A program made the translations under genes and the position numbers. 64,000 nucleotides of DNA from Chamaesiphon sp. (GTDB taxonomy: Bacteria > Cyanobacteriota > Cyanobacteriia > Cyanobacteriales > Chamaesiphonaceae). Of this stretch, positions 35,692 through 49,455 are shown piece by piece. Where the stretch lies: positions 83,754-147,753 of the forward strand of contig CBDFFH010000039.1 in the NCBI GenBank assembly GCA_965246715.1, written 5' to 3'. Position 1 is the first letter of the stretch, and every line of letters starts with the position of its first letter. Under the pieces are notes generated by a model. It saw nothing but the letters and a program-made list of their open reading frames with translations. It was not told the origin of the DNA and did no database searches.

Positions 35692-36930
35692 TTACTGTTG
35701 TGCTGGCTCTAGCCGAATGAGTTGACCGTCAGATTCGTCAGTCAAAATATACAATAACTCATCGGGGCCTTGACGGACATCTCTAACCCTCGCACCAATT
35801 GAGATCTTCTCTTGGTTGACGACTTTACCATTGGCATCTAGCTCGATTCTTCGCAACGTTTGCTCGACCAAACCACCTGCAAAGAGATTTTTTTGCCATT
35901 GCGGAAATCGCTTCCCATTGTACGCTGTCAAACCTGAAGGGGCGATCGAAGGTGTCCAAACTGCTTTGGGATCTTCCATGCCTGGTAATGATTTATTCGG
36001 TGAAATATCTTGATTAGGGAATTCGTACTCTTTACTGTATGTAGCCAGCGGCCAGCCGTAGTTTTTACCTTTTTGAACCAGGTTGAGTTCGTCACCGCCT
36101 TTCGATCCGTGTTCTGTCGCCCAAACTCTTTTGGTAACTGGGTCGAAGGTCATGCCTTGAATATTCCGATGTCCGTAGCTCCAGATTGCTGGGTTGGTAC
36201 TCGCATCTTTGACGAAGGGATTATCGCGGGGAATCGAACCATCATTTTTGAGTCGGAGGACTTTACCGAGCTGGCTGCGCCGATTTTGCGCTTGGTAGCG
36301 CGGTAATTTACCATCGATCGTCAGTGGTGGATTGCCCCCATCACCAAGCGATAATAACAGCGTATTGTCTGGTAGCCAAGTAATCCGCGAACCAAAATGT
36401 TGTGTCCCAGATTTGACTGGAGAAGCATCAAAGATAACCTGGAGATTTTTTAGGTCTTTGCCATCAAATACGGCTCTAGCTAACCGCGTGCGATTGGCGG
36501 TGTCGGTACCATGAGCATAGGTGAGATACACCAGCCGATTTTTGACAAATTGCGGATGGAGCGAAATATCCATCAATCCCCCTTGTCCGCTGGCAAATAC
36601 CGCCGGAACGCCACCGATCGGATTAGGATCGAGTACCCCATTTCGCACGATTCTCAGCCGCCCAGGACGCTCGGTAACGAGCATGGTACGATCTGGCAAC
36701 CAAGCTACGCTCCAAGGGTGCTCTAATCCATTCACCACTGAGACTAGACGATAGGATGGCGCGGGAGTTTGGGCATTAAGAACATCTGGTTTCTGGGGAT
36801 TGCAAGCGCAAGCCAAACTCGATAACACCGCTAGGGCGATTGTTTTCAAGGATAGGAAATTCCCAGAGGGTTTGGTGAGGAGGTTCATACCTAATTTTGG
36901 GTGGCGATAGATATTTCGGCGGGTTGGCAC
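35692..36930 (-). CDS. PQQ-dependent sugar (glucose/sorbosone) dehydrogenase, probable lipoprotein; the likely start is 36888
   Basis: GLEHPW, LVTERPGRL, GQGGLMD, HFGSRI, YGHRNIQG and NYGWP. Confidence 0.9.
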   Translation of the reverse strand: MPTRRNIYRHPKLGMNLLTKPSGNFLSLKTIALAVLSSLACACNPQKPDVLNAQTPAPSYRLVSVVNGLEHPWSVAWLPDRTMLVTERPGRLRIVRNGVLDPNPIGGVPAVFASGQGGLMDISLHPQFVKNRLVYLTYAHGTDTANRTRLARAVFDGKDLKNLQVIFDASPVKSGTQHFGSRITWLPDNTLLLSLGDGGNPPLTIDGKLPRYQAQNRRSQLGKVLRLKNDGSIPRDNPFVKDASTNPAIWSYGHRNIQGMTFDPVTKRVWATEHGSKGGDELNLVQKGKNYGWPLATYSKEYEFPNQDISPNKSLPGMEDPKAVWTPSIAPSGLTAYNGKRFPQWQKNLFAGGLVEQTLRRIELDANGKVVNQEKISIGARVRDVRQGPDELLYILTDESDGQLIRLEPAQQ

Positions 36931-36949
36931 TGTCCGCCTATCTATATTT

Positions 36950-38746
36950 TTACATCCTTTCCAATACAGGAATACCCAATAAATTTAATCCTAGCTTCAG
37001 TGTTTTAGCCGTGAGATCGCATAAGATCGCTCGCGATGTCCGGATCGGTTCTTCTGCTTGTAAAACTGGGCAATTTTCAAAAAATTGATTGTATTTTTGA
37101 CTGAGTTCAAATAAATATTGGCATAAACGATTGGGTAGTAAGTCTTGTTCGACTTCAGTAATAATCGTACTTAATTGAAGTAGCTGCTTGGCAAGAGTGA
37201 GTTCTGCTTCTTCATTGAGTAAAATTTGGGCGTTGTCATCGAGATTATCGAAATCGATATCACCTTTACGACCGATCCCCCGTACCCGCACGTAGGCATA
37301 CATCATATAGGGTGCAGTATTCCCTTTGTCTGACAACATCTTATCGTAGCTAAAGACATAATTACTCAACCGATTTTGGCTCAAATCGGCATATTTAATC
37401 GCACTCAAACCGACAACTGTGGCACTATTGGCGATGAATTCGGGAGTCTCATGACGATCTTCTGCGGCCAATCTCGATTCTAAAAGGGAACGGAATCGCT
37501 CGATCGCTTCATCGAGCAATTCTTTTAATTTAATCGCCTCACCCGAGCGAGATTTAATTCTTTTTCCGTCCTCACCCAACACCAACCCAAATGGAACGTG
37601 AACGATTTCCACATTCTTGGGCACCCATCCCGCTTGTTTCGCTACTTGGAAAAATTGGGCAAAATGACCCGCTTGTCCGGAGTCGGTAATATAGATAATT
37701 CGGTCGGCTTTGTCGGCTTGAATCCGATATCTAACAGCGGCTAAATCCGTAGTGGCATAATTATAACCACCATCGGTTTTCTGAATAATTAGCGGTAACG
37801 GCTCGCCTTCTCTATTCGTATAACCATCGATGAAAACGCACTGTGCGCCGTCACTTTCGACTAATAATCCCGACTCGCGCAGATCTGCAACTACCGCAGG
37901 TAAATAGGGATTATAGAATGATTCACCCCGTTCGGTCAGTCGCACGTTCAAGCGATCGTATATTACCTGAAATTCTCGCCGCGATTGGTCGCAGAGCAGT
38001 TGCCATGCTTTGATACTTTCGGGATCTTGGGCTTGCAATTTGACAACTTCTTTTCTGGCAGCTTCTTGAAACTCGGCATCTTCGTCAAAACGTTTTTTGG
38101 CTTGCTTATACAGCTCGACCAAATCGCCCAAATCGAGCGCGTCGGCAGTGGTTAGCGCTTGGGGATAATTTTCCCGCAAGTAGAGAATCAACATCCCAAA
38201 CTGCGTCCCCCAATCGCCGACGTGATTGAGTCTGAGCACATCATGACCGCGAAATTCTAATACCCGCGCGATACAATCGCCCAAAATAGTCGATCGCAAG
38301 TGTCCGACGTGCATCTCCTTGGCGATATTCGGACTAGAAAAATCTACTACCACCCGCTGGGGGTGCGCTGCTACTGGCACTCCCAAGCGTTCGTTCGCAC
38401 GCATTGTTTGGAGTTGAGTGGCTAAATAACTGGGCTTGACGATAAAATTAATAAAACCTGGCCCGGCGATTTGCGGCGGCTCGCAAACTTCGGCGACATC
38501 GAGATTATCGACGATCGATTGCGCGAACGCGCGCGGCGGCTGTCCCAACTGCTTGGCTAAACCCATCGCCATATTTGCCTGGTAATCGCCAAACTTCGGA
38601 TTGCTCGACAGCACTAATTGTGGATCTGTCCCAGCATATTCAGCCCCCAATGCCGCGATTATCGCCCGATCGAGTTGACTAGTCAAATAGGCAATCGTCG
38701 TGGGTTGCTCGCTGGATTTGGGATCTGGGTTCGACTCGCTCGCCAT
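36950..38746 (-). CDS. argS: Arginine-tRNA ligase
   Basis: [29 protein letters not shown] and LERM end. Confidence 0.98.
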   Translation of the reverse strand: MASESNPDPKSSEQPTTIAYLTSQLDRAIIAALGAEYAGTDPQLVLSSNPKFGDYQANMAMGLAKQLGQPPRAFAQSIVDNLDVAEVCEPPQIAGPGFINFIVKPSYLATQLQTMRANERLGVPVAAHPQRVVVDFSSPNIAKEMHVGHLRSTILGDCIARVLEFRGHDVLRLNHVGDWGTQFGMLILYLRENYPQALTTADALDLGDLVELYKQAKKRFDEDAEFQEAARKEVVKLQAQDPESIKAWQLLCDQSRREFQVIYDRLNVRLTERGESFYNPYLPAVVADLRESGLLVESDGAQCVFIDGYTNREGEPLPLIIQKTDGGYNYATTDLAAVRYRIQADKADRIIYITDSGQAGHFAQFFQVAKQAGWVPKNVEIVHVPFGLVLGEDGKRIKSRSGEAIKLKELLDEAIERFRSLLESRLAAEDRHETPEFIANSATVVGLSAIKYADLSQNRLSNYVFSYDKMLSDKGNTAPYMMYAYVRVRGIGRKGDIDFDNLDDNAQILLNEEAELTLAKQLLQLSTIITEVEQDLLPNRLCQYLFELSQKYNQFFENCPVLQAEEPIRTSRAILCDLTAKTLKLGLNLLGIPVLERM

Positions 38747-39294
38747 GAAAATACTCCTAAAAATTTATTAATAAAGCAAAATATCGCTCGGAGAAAATTT
38801 CCGAACCTATTTCTGAATCATGGAGGCGCACCGATTGCACCACAGATAAATAACTTTTACCGTCGTAGCCGACGAGCGATGTTAGCAACAAGTTTGGCTA
38901 GATCGAGCTGTGACTCACAGAGTGTAGAGGCATTCAGTTGGTGAGTGTAGCGACACCGATCTCGTAAACTATGCATTTTTTAAAAACCAGCCGGACGGAA
39001 TTTACCCCGGATCTTAAATGTATATCTGTTATAGCATTAAGTCCTCGATCGAGCAATAGTCGCGATTCGGATCGCTCCAGCTAGAGTCCACTCACCTAAG
39101 TGTCACATCTAACTAAATTTTTCGCTCCATAACTAGGTACAATCGCAGGTAACGATCGACAATTACCGGATCTACATACTCATCCTCAATATTGAAGCCG
39201 TACGGAATCTTCAAACTAGATCGATTGGGATTTAGTTACCGCTAGCAAATATATACACCCACCCCCATTACCCCACCAACTTATAGATCGGCCT

Positions 39295-40551
39295 ATGTTG
39301 CCTGCGAAAACACCTACAGAAGCGAGCGGATTTAAAGCGCTACTCAAAAATCGTGATTTTTTACTCCTGTGGAGCGGGCAAATCCTATCGCAGATTGCAG
39401 ATAAAGTATTGATCGTGATGTCGATTGCGTTGTTACCGAGCTACAACATCCCAGTTAAAATTGCGGCATCTTCTAGTTCGTATTTGATGGTAGCTACTAC
39501 TATCCCCGCAATTTTCTTTGGTGCGGCGGCGGGAATATTTGTCGATCGCCATCGTAAAAAGAAGATTATGGTTGTCGCCGATATTTTGCGAGGGTTGTTA
39601 ATTCTCTTATTGCCGGTATTGCCAAAGGAATTTGCGATCCTGTTGGTGATTACTTTTGCTAGCTCGACAGTGACTCAAGCATTCGCACCAGCCGAACAGT
39701 CTGCGATTCCATTGGTTGTCAAGAACGAGAATTTATTAACGGCGAATGCTTTATTTACTACAACGCAAACTGCTTCCTTAATTGTCGGATTTGCGATCGG
39801 CGAACCAATTTTGACTGCTGCAACTAATATTAGTAAAAATGGCGCACAAGAAATACTGGTAGCATCGCTGTATTTTGCCGCAGCCGGATTGGGACAGTTG
39901 GTTAAGATCGAAGAAACTTTAGATAATCGTCACGATAGTAAAAGAATCAATCCTTGGAATGAGTTAAAAGATGGGTTTAGGTATCTGCGGAGCAATAAGT
40001 TGTTATTAAATGCGATGATGCAAATAGCAGTGTTGTCTTTCACGATCGCTGCCTTGCCCGTGCTGGCAATCAAACTTACGGCAGAAGTTGGGTTAGAACC
40101 CAAGCAATTTGGGTTTTTGGTGGCCGCAGCAGGGATTGGATTAGTTTTGGGTGCGGGAATTTTGGGTCATTGGGGCAGTCACTTTCAACAAAAATCACTC
40201 CCCTTAGTAGGTTTTTTGGGAATGAGTTTGGTGCTAGCAATTTTTACATTCGTTAATAATATCTGGATGGGTTTATTGTGTGGGGGAGTTTTAGGATTTG
40301 GTGCGTCGCTAATTGCCGTACCGATGCAAACTCTCATCCAAGAAAAGACTCCAGAATCGATGCGCGGCAAGGTGTTTGGCTTTCAAAACAATGCTGTGAA
40401 TATTGCTGTGGCGATCCCACTAGTTATTACTGGCCCGCTGACAGATAAATTTGGCTTACAGCCTGTTCTCTGGGGTATGAGTATCATCGTCACGATCGCG
40501 GGGATCTTGACATGGAAAGCTACTAGTCAAGTCTTAGAAGATGCTGTCTAA
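39295..40551 (+). CDS. MFS transporter
   Basis: Many hydrophobic segments, FLLLWSGQ, GIFVDRH and MRGKVFG. Confidence 0.92.
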   Translation: MLPAKTPTEASGFKALLKNRDFLLLWSGQILSQIADKVLIVMSIALLPSYNIPVKIAASSSSYLMVATTIPAIFFGAAAGIFVDRHRKKKIMVVADILRGLLILLLPVLPKEFAILLVITFASSTVTQAFAPAEQSAIPLVVKNENLLTANALFTTTQTASLIVGFAIGEPILTAATNISKNGAQEILVASLYFAAAGLGQLVKIEETLDNRHDSKRINPWNELKDGFRYLRSNKLLLNAMMQIAVLSFTIAALPVLAIKLTAEVGLEPKQFGFLVAAAGIGLVLGAGILGHWGSHFQQKSLPLVGFLGMSLVLAIFTFVNNIWMGLLCGGVLGFGASLIAVPMQTLIQEKTPESMRGKVFGFQNNAVNIAVAIPLVITGPLTDKFGLQPVLWGMSIIVTIAGILTWKATSQVLEDAV

Positions 40552-40588
40552 ATTTCAGTTTTATCCTACCTAATAATGGGGAATACTG

Positions 40589-40637
40589 TATAAAGAAGCG
40601 ATCGGTTTACTGAAGATAAACCGATCGCTTCTTTATA
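40589..40637. terminator. Long hairpin between convergent genes, probably a bidirectional terminator
   Basis: TATAAAGAAGCGATCGGTTTA...TAAACCGATCGCTTCTTTATA inverted repeat. Confidence 0.7.
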
Positions 40638-40732
40638 TAGGTAGGTATAATTATTTATTAAATAGACAATGCCTGAAACCTAATCGGTGGGCAGTGCCCA
40701 CCCTACTAACTGACTATATTTTTCGACATCTC

Positions 40733-42967
40733 CTAAGGTTCGATAAATGTATCGACATTCCCATCAGGTTGGAGCAGTACCCGGATTTTTTGGTCGCTAT
40801 TACCTGCGACTGGCGAGACAATTTTTTGACCTGGCTTGATGAGTTTGGTTTGTTTGAGATAGTCAGTTGCAGCTTCACCTTGAGGGTTGACGCTCCGCAC
40901 TACACCATTTTTGCCGTTAACATCAAGGACGTATTGTAGTGAATTTGTTTGGGTGGGATTGGCTTTCCATTTGCCTTGAAAATAGCGTTTGGCCTCTTGA
41001 AGAGACGAATTTTCAATTGACTCGGCACCTACTTGGCCGTTGCTGGCTTGAATGGGTCGATCGGGAACGACTGCTGGAGTTGGGGATTCACCACCAGTGA
41101 TATTATTAGGCGGTACGGGTTTCTCCGCTGATGACGGTTGGGGTGTAATTAGATTGGGATTGGATTTGTACGTCTTTGGCTCGATCGTGGGAGATGGGGT
41201 CAAAAATGGTACTGTTGAGGAGCTTGCTTGGGGTCTGGGCTTGGTGGCGATTTTTGGTTTGACTGACGAGTTGGTGACTTTTTTAGGAGTGTAAGGATCG
41301 ACGATCGCGGGTGGAGTGACGATCGCGGGTGGATTGATGCCGCCACCAACTGGGGTATTTTGTGGGGGGATGGCAGTTTGATTGGAGCGGGGGGTCGAAT
41401 TGCGATCGCTAGGGAGATCTTGTGGCAGCAAAATCGGTTGGGTAGATAGCGATATATTGCCAGTATTAGTTGCCTTTGGTGTTGCTTTGGTCGATGGGTT
41501 GGTTTTTGCTGCAGCGACTGAAGTAGTTTTGCTGGTGGGAGTTGTCGGGATCTTGGTGCTAGGTTTAGCAGCAACAGGTGGTGTCGTTGTGACAGCGCTT
41601 GGTGCGCTACCGATCCCTCCTGTCAATGGATTGATGGGAGCCTGTGTGCCAGAGACGATCGCTGGCAATGTAGTGGTTCCAAGATTATTTTTGGCAATTT
41701 GCCCGCTCTGACTGCCAGTAGGTGCAGTCGGTAGCGTATTTTTGGGTGGTTGCACCGACTGTGCTTGCCAAGGTTTGGGCAGTGCCGCACTCGGAGCACC
41801 ACTAGAATTAGTAGCGAGGGTGCCATCAGCGCCAGTACTCGAATTAGTTGGTTGTGAGCTTGTCGGGCGCGATCCGACTGGTTTTTTATCGCCAGTGCGA
41901 TCGGCCGATAGCCAGTTCGGCATTTTTAGCGTGCCAGCCCACTCCTGGAAGGAATTATTCGAGCCGGAACCAAACAGTAATAATGGTGCGCCGACTAGGA
42001 GTGCGGCCGCTGCCGCCCAAGGTATCGCCGACATCCATCCCGATCGAGAACGTCGCCGATAGTAGACGGGATTTGCTTCTGGCTCGGTGGTCATTCGGGG
42101 TAAATTGGGCAACCGCGATAGTGAAGCAGCAGTAGCTTCGGCCTCCGCTCGCTTGACCCCACCCGCTGCCAGCGATTGGGCATGGACTTTAGTACCACTT
42201 TGGCTGGTAGTTACTTGAGTTGCGACGTACTCATCTAAAACTGTCGCAAGATCGAATAATTGAATGGCTGATAAGATCTGGATCTCCCCAGACTCAGGAG
42301 TGGCTAAATCGCCGAGATGCAGTTGGTGGTCGAGCGATCGATTGCCACCTGTCAGATAGGGTTGTTTGGGTGTATTTGCGGCGGTCTCGGACTCATCCGT
42401 AGCAGGACTGGGCGGGACGGAGCTGGGGGGAATCGATCGGGCGAGATCGCTTTGGGGCAGATTCTGGCGATCGCGTTGATTCATGAACCCGATTAATTTT
42501 GAGATTTTACCATGACCCGATTGTGTCGATCGGTCAGCAGGGGGAGTCTCTGCTGCGGTTTTGGGCTGGCTATTGCGCAGTCCTGGCAAATTTTGCATCA
42601 GTCCCGATGTTGGCGGTGTCGGGGGCGGTGCGGGCACCGATCGATCTCTCGGTGGGTCGATCTCCGTCAAATGCTGCGGCTGTGCTGGTGAGTGACTATC
42701 GGTGGTGGTTGGGATCGGAAACTTGGCGATCAGGTCGGTGATATAAGTGCTGACGATCGACTGGAGATTTTCTAATGACCGCAGATCGCCTTGTAAAGTA
42801 GTGCGCTCTAACTCGCCGCGATCGGGATGATCGATCTCCAGCACAAAATTGCCGACATGCGGTGGCTGTTGCGAATCGAGGTGAGATAACTGCTTGGCCT
42901 TGCTACTTACTTTGAGGGTGCAAGTTGGCGCGGTATACGTGCTGGTTGGCGAGTTGTGAGATTCCAT
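40733..42967 (-). CDS. DUF4335-type cyanobacterial membrane protein with a long Pro/Ser/Thr-rich region
   Basis: YTAPTCTL start, LSAIQLFDLATVLDEY, a TM segment and a C-terminal IRVLLQPDG. Confidence 0.75.
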   Translation of the reverse strand: MESHNSPTSTYTAPTCTLKVSSKAKQLSHLDSQQPPHVGNFVLEIDHPDRGELERTTLQGDLRSLENLQSIVSTYITDLIAKFPIPTTTDSHSPAQPQHLTEIDPPRDRSVPAPPPTPPTSGLMQNLPGLRNSQPKTAAETPPADRSTQSGHGKISKLIGFMNQRDRQNLPQSDLARSIPPSSVPPSPATDESETAANTPKQPYLTGGNRSLDHQLHLGDLATPESGEIQILSAIQLFDLATVLDEYVATQVTTSQSGTKVHAQSLAAGGVKRAEAEATAASLSRLPNLPRMTTEPEANPVYYRRRSRSGWMSAIPWAAAAALLVGAPLLLFGSGSNNSFQEWAGTLKMPNWLSADRTGDKKPVGSRPTSSQPTNSSTGADGTLATNSSGAPSAALPKPWQAQSVQPPKNTLPTAPTGSQSGQIAKNNLGTTTLPAIVSGTQAPINPLTGGIGSAPSAVTTTPPVAAKPSTKIPTTPTSKTTSVAAAKTNPSTKATPKATNTGNISLSTQPILLPQDLPSDRNSTPRSNQTAIPPQNTPVGGGINPPAIVTPPAIVDPYTPKKVTNSSVKPKIATKPRPQASSSTVPFLTPSPTIEPKTYKSNPNLITPQPSSAEKPVPPNNITGGESPTPAVVPDRPIQASNGQVGAESIENSSLQEAKRYFQGKWKANPTQTNSLQYVLDVNGKNGVVRSVNPQGEAATDYLKQTKLIKPGQKIVSPVAGNSDQKIRVLLQPDGNVDTFIEP

Positions 42968-42988
42968 ATCGATCTGAAAATAAGTATT

Positions 42989-43582
42989 TTAAATTTGAGT
43001 TGTCGAACTGGCTGATAAGTGAGACCTTTGTAATAGCGCGTTCCAAAGTCGCTTGTGACCTTTCGGGCTACTGTAAAATAACAGTTCGATTAGCACTCCG
43101 AGCGCAGCTTTAGAGAGAATTTCAAAAGCTAAATCTGTCGGTTTGCCGCTGCGCTCTTGATATATTTTAATAAAATTACTTATGTAGTCGGCTAACGAGG
43201 GCGATTGCAGCGGTAGCTGACGATACTCGATCGTTTGTTCCCAATAACTAATGTTGCGCCGGATGAGAGCCTGATACTCGTGGGCGAGATGACTGATAAC
43301 TAATACTAATGCCCGGAGTTCTTTAACGTCAAGTCGTTGGAGCGATTTGGTTGGCGGCAACGACCAGCTATCGATCCACTCGGCCACGATCGACTCTAAT
43401 TGCAAATCTCGGGAGGCTTGTCCGATCTCGATCTTCCCGATTTGTGTCAGTGCTACTAAGGCGATGGCGATCGTCTCTACATTGTCAGCCATCCGTTCGA
43501 GCTGAGCCGGATCGAGATCGGCATTGAGTAATAGATCGTCCCACTTGGCTGTTGATGCAGGCATCAGTTGAATAGATATCAT
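42989..43582 (-). CDS. DUF3038-family protein
   Basis: LIELLFYSSPKGHKRLWNALL; usual neighbour of DUF4335. Confidence 0.78.
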   Translation of the reverse strand: MISIQLMPASTAKWDDLLLNADLDPAQLERMADNVETIAIALVALTQIGKIEIGQASRDLQLESIVAEWIDSWSLPPTKSLQRLDVKELRALVLVISHLAHEYQALIRRNISYWEQTIEYRQLPLQSPSLADYISNFIKIYQERSGKPTDLAFEILSKAALGVLIELLFYSSPKGHKRLWNALLQRSHLSASSTTQI

Positions 43583-44118
43583 GAAGATTAACTAAAGCCG
43601 AGAACACAATTCGCATTTACTAACAGTGCGGAAGCTCAAAACCCGTGGCGACTAACGATCGACGATTTGTTGTAGCAACGCGACACGAACGGATGCTGTC
43701 TGCTTGACATTGGAATTATCCACTCTTAATATACTGAAGCATTTACGGAGTAGATGTTTCGAGATCGGGGAGTCAATCTTCCCGCTGGCACATCGAACTA
43801 CTCGCGCATGTGACTTTCACCTAGAGTATGAAGGTTAGTTAAATATTTGTGTGGCAGCACTCATTGTATCATAACCGCCTACGTCTAACTAACCAAAATA
43901 GTTAGTGCCAAACAACCCCATGAGACTCGAGCGACCGAGATTTTGTTAACCGTTGCCGTAATAGCCACCCTACGCGATCGTGTCAGCTTTTGATAAAATA
44001 TCTATACAGACTGTTCACCATAAACCGAATCGCTACAATCTTTGTTCGCGTAGCGTCTCGCATCGAGAATCGATAGTTACGCGGTGGAGTTGACTTTTTC
44101 CAATCAGAGCGAACTAAC

Positions 44119-44709
44119 ATGCCGGATAGTTGTCAGTGTTTTCAGCGCGATCGTGACGCTCTTGTCGCGTCATCGATGGCAAATCGCCGTCAATTTCTCC
44201 GCCATCTCGTCGGCGCGGGTGTGCTGGCAACAGCCCTGACGATCGAGCCGGCGCTGGCCAGAGCCGAAAAAAAAGTCCCCAAGGCACTCGTGCTCAGTTG
44301 TATCGATTACCGAATTTTGGAGGCAGAACGTTACTTTCTGTCGCTCCAAAATTTGGGAGGCCAATATGACTTTACTGCCTTGGCGGGAGCCTCACTCGCG
44401 CTCAGTGGCATGCCACATCAGTACGATGCTGAAGCATTTTGGGATCAATTAGATATCTCCTATCGGCTGCATCATATCCAGAAGGTGATCGTTCTCGATC
44501 ATCAAGATTGTGCTGTCTACGAATATAAGATCGATCCCAGTCTCGCGAGTAATCCCGAATTGGAGCTGACAACTCACACTGAATATCTCAGTAAAGCTTA
44601 TTGGGCAATTCGCGAGCGTTACCCAGAGCTGAATATCGAACTCTATTTCGTCAATCTCAATACCGAAGTCAAGCAAATCTCGCCCTTGGCAAAGGTGGTT
44701 AAGAGCTGA
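44119..44709 (+). CDS. Tat-exported beta-class-like carbonic anhydrase
   Basis: RRQFL twin-arginine signal; SCIDYR and HQDC zinc-ligand motifs. Confidence 0.82.
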   Translation: MPDSCQCFQRDRDALVASSMANRRQFLRHLVGAGVLATALTIEPALARAEKKVPKALVLSCIDYRILEAERYFLSLQNLGGQYDFTALAGASLALSGMPHQYDAEAFWDQLDISYRLHHIQKVIVLDHQDCAVYEYKIDPSLASNPELELTTHTEYLSKAYWAIRERYPELNIELYFVNLNTEVKQISPLAKVVKS

Positions 44710-45006
44710 GAGGGATTAGGGATTAGGCTTTAGGGGAGCGGATATTTTGCGAAATGGGCAAAACCATACCTCAGATTCGCATTCTGCGAGGCTACGCCAA
44801 CGGTAACGCCATCTTAATCCATTATTAATCTAGGATCTCTCTAACCCCTAAAGCCTAATCCCTAACCCCTCTTCTCCCCTCGACACTAAAATGTTAATTC
44901 CCTCGTCAAATATGGCAATAATAAAACTGAAGCTACACTAGAAGATGCAAGAGTTTAGGACGTAGATCGCATCGAACTAATTCTCAATCCCACAGATCGG
45001 TATCAG

Positions 45007-46887
<1,881 letters not shown>

Positions 46888-46964
46888 CGATAAAGCGCGC
46901 TCCCGGTGTCGATTGCGCGATCGCTCCCTGCTGGTTGGGGTTTCGATCGCATCGATCGAAACTC

Positions 46965-46986
46965 AACGTGAGTTCGGGTTAAGGAT
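46965..46986. repeat. Solo left end of MITE family A
   Basis: AACGTGAGTTCGGGTTAAGGAT is identical to the start of copy 1. Confidence 0.7.
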
Positions 46987-47220
46987 ATTTGCTGATTTCG
47001 AGTCCCGCCGCTGATTGTGTCTTGTCTGGCTGTCTTGTCGCAGTTGTATCGGCGGGAAACTCCCTCACCAATATTGGGACGTTAGCAATCGGCGAATTTG
47101 TGGCGACATCAATTGCAGCGATTTTGCGAGTGCGACTGTCCACCTACCAAGATTTTACGCCCACAGATCGATCGGGTATGAAATCCGATCGACCTGTGGG
47201 CGATTAATATTTATGCGCCG

Positions 47221-47698
47221 ATGAATTTACCCCCGACTTGTGAGGTCGATAAAAAGTTTACGGATGGGATCTATGGTTATGAATATCGGCTCTATCACTG
47301 TCAACCGATTAAAGATATTGAATCGATGGCAACTAGTAATTCTAGCTATCTCACCCGCTGGGCAGCCGTAAGCAGGATAGCTCCAATCGGTGAGACGATC
47401 GATGATGGCATAGTGCAATGGGCAGAAGCATTACGTCACGATGATTGCGAGTTAATTCGACTTGAAGCAGAATTATGAGTATCAGCGTGTACTCAAGAGT
47501 CTCCAGACATCAATATTATCTAAAGCCCAACAAAGACAACGAGCTAAAGAAATCACAAAAATTCAGCCGTTGCTATCCTTTCAATCTGTGAGTATCCAGT
47601 TTATGAAATATTTGTTCGATATTGGTTCAAACCATTATGAAGTGGCTGAACTTGAGAGTTTTGTGGACAAGTTATGGAAAGAACTTCAATCTTCATAA
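47221..47698 (+). pseudogene. Two overlapping short ORFs, probably fragments of one degraded gene
   Basis: The 85-aa and 78-aa ORFs overlap by 17 nt in different frames; no recognisable motif. Confidence 0.35.
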
Positions 47699-47812
47699 AC
47701 CCAGCGCCCTTGACTGTCGATCGACGATAAGATAGAACTCCTAAGTATCCAAAATCATTCCAGTTCGGCACCCACCCCGCAGCCCCTCCGAGGAGGGGAG
47801 TAAATAGTAACA

Positions 47813-49120
47813 ATGCAATCACCTACCCTCGATACCGAACATCCACCCGAACCCAAGCTGATCGATGCTTGCGTACATTGTGGCTTTTGTCTTTCTACAT
47901 GTCCTAGTTACCGTGTGTTGGGTACGGAAATGGATTCGCCACGGGGGAGAGTGTATATGATGGATGCTCTCAACAAGGGCGAAATCGACCTGACTCCTGC
48001 GGTTGTGAGTCATTTTGATAGTTGTTTGGGTTGTCTGGCTTGTACGACGACTTGCCCGTCAGGAGTGCAGTATGACAAGCTGATCGCGTCGATGCGTCCA
48101 CAAATCGAACGCAATCATCACCGTCCGCTCGTAGAACGATTGTATCGACAATTCATTTTTGGGCTGTTTCCTTACCCCAATCGCCTGCGATGGCTGCTAA
48201 TTCCGCTATTTGTCTACCAGAAACTCGGATTACAAAAACTCGTCCGCCAGACTGGGATAGTTGAAAAAATATCGCCACATTTAGCGGGGATGGAATCAAA
48301 TCTCCCCGAATTATCCCTCAGTACGTTTCAAGATACACTCCCCGAATTAATTGCCGCACAGGGGACTAAAAAATATCGAGTGGGGATGATTTTAGGGTGC
48401 GTTCAGCGGTTATTTTTCGATCGCGTCAATCAAGCTACAGTTAGAGTCCTAACTGCTAATGGTTGTGAGATTGTCATCCCGCAACCTCAAGGTTGTTGTG
48501 CGGCACTACCACATCATCAAGGGCAAGAAGAACAAGCAAAAACTCTTGCCAGACAGACGATCGATAATTTTGCCGATACTAATGTCGATGTGATTATTAT
48601 CAACGCTGCAGGTTGTGGACATACATTAAAAGAATATGGCGAATTGCTGCGAGACGATCCTGAATATCACCAACAAGCGATCGATTTTTCCGCAAAAGTT
48701 AAAGATGTCCAGGAATTTCTGGCTGAGATCGAATTAACTACTGAGTTATTACCGATTTCTAGCGAACGACTTACATTAGTTTATCAAGATGCTTGTCACT
48801 TATTACACGGGCAAAAAATTAGCGTCCAACCTCGTAAACTCCTCAACCAAATCCCCAATATTCAACTTACAGAGCCACTAGATGCTGCGTTGTGTTGTGG
48901 TAGCGCTGGTGTATACAACATGCTGCAACCAGAAACAGCGAATGAATTGGGTAGACAAAAAGTAGCCAACTTGGTAGCTACTGGAGCGACAATTATTGCT
49001 TCAGCCAATCCTGGTTGCACGTTACAGATTGCTAAACATCTTGAACTGCAAGGACATCAGACTAAAATCCTCCACCCGATCGAGTTACTAGATTTTGCTA
49101 TCCGAGGAGTAAAGATTTAA
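47813..49120 (+). CDS. glcF: Glycolate oxidase iron-sulfur subunit
   Basis: CVHCGFCLSTCP, CLGCLACTTTCPSGV and CCG domains (CCGSAG). Confidence 0.93.
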   Translation: MQSPTLDTEHPPEPKLIDACVHCGFCLSTCPSYRVLGTEMDSPRGRVYMMDALNKGEIDLTPAVVSHFDSCLGCLACTTTCPSGVQYDKLIASMRPQIERNHHRPLVERLYRQFIFGLFPYPNRLRWLLIPLFVYQKLGLQKLVRQTGIVEKISPHLAGMESNLPELSLSTFQDTLPELIAAQGTKKYRVGMILGCVQRLFFDRVNQATVRVLTANGCEIVIPQPQGCCAALPHHQGQEEQAKTLARQTIDNFADTNVDVIIINAAGCGHTLKEYGELLRDDPEYHQQAIDFSAKVKDVQEFLAEIELTTELLPISSERLTLVYQDACHLLHGQKISVQPRKLLNQIPNIQLTEPLDAALCCGSAGVYNMLQPETANELGRQKVANLVATGATIIASANPGCTLQIAKHLELQGHQTKILHPIELLDFAIRGVKI

Positions 49121-49455
49121 TTAGTAATTTTACTATCTGCCGAGCTGTGACTGGTAGTTGTAATCGATCGAATCTTATGATATCTTTCAAGCTATTCTCA
49201 TTAATACAGATGACATAGATGGCCCCCCGATTTCTGCTCTCGACTACCATTCGCAAGTGTGCAAAATGTGATGGTTTGCTGATTCGATCTAGACGTAGCA
49301 AAAGACTAGATAAGATATTATCTATATTATTTGTATATCCTTATCGCTGTCAAACATCTTGGTGTAAACATCGATGTTATCGTCTCGGTCGTGAATAATC
49401 GAATTATCAGGTGTGTAGAGGATAGCTGAAAAACAATTATCGATTTAGATATCCT

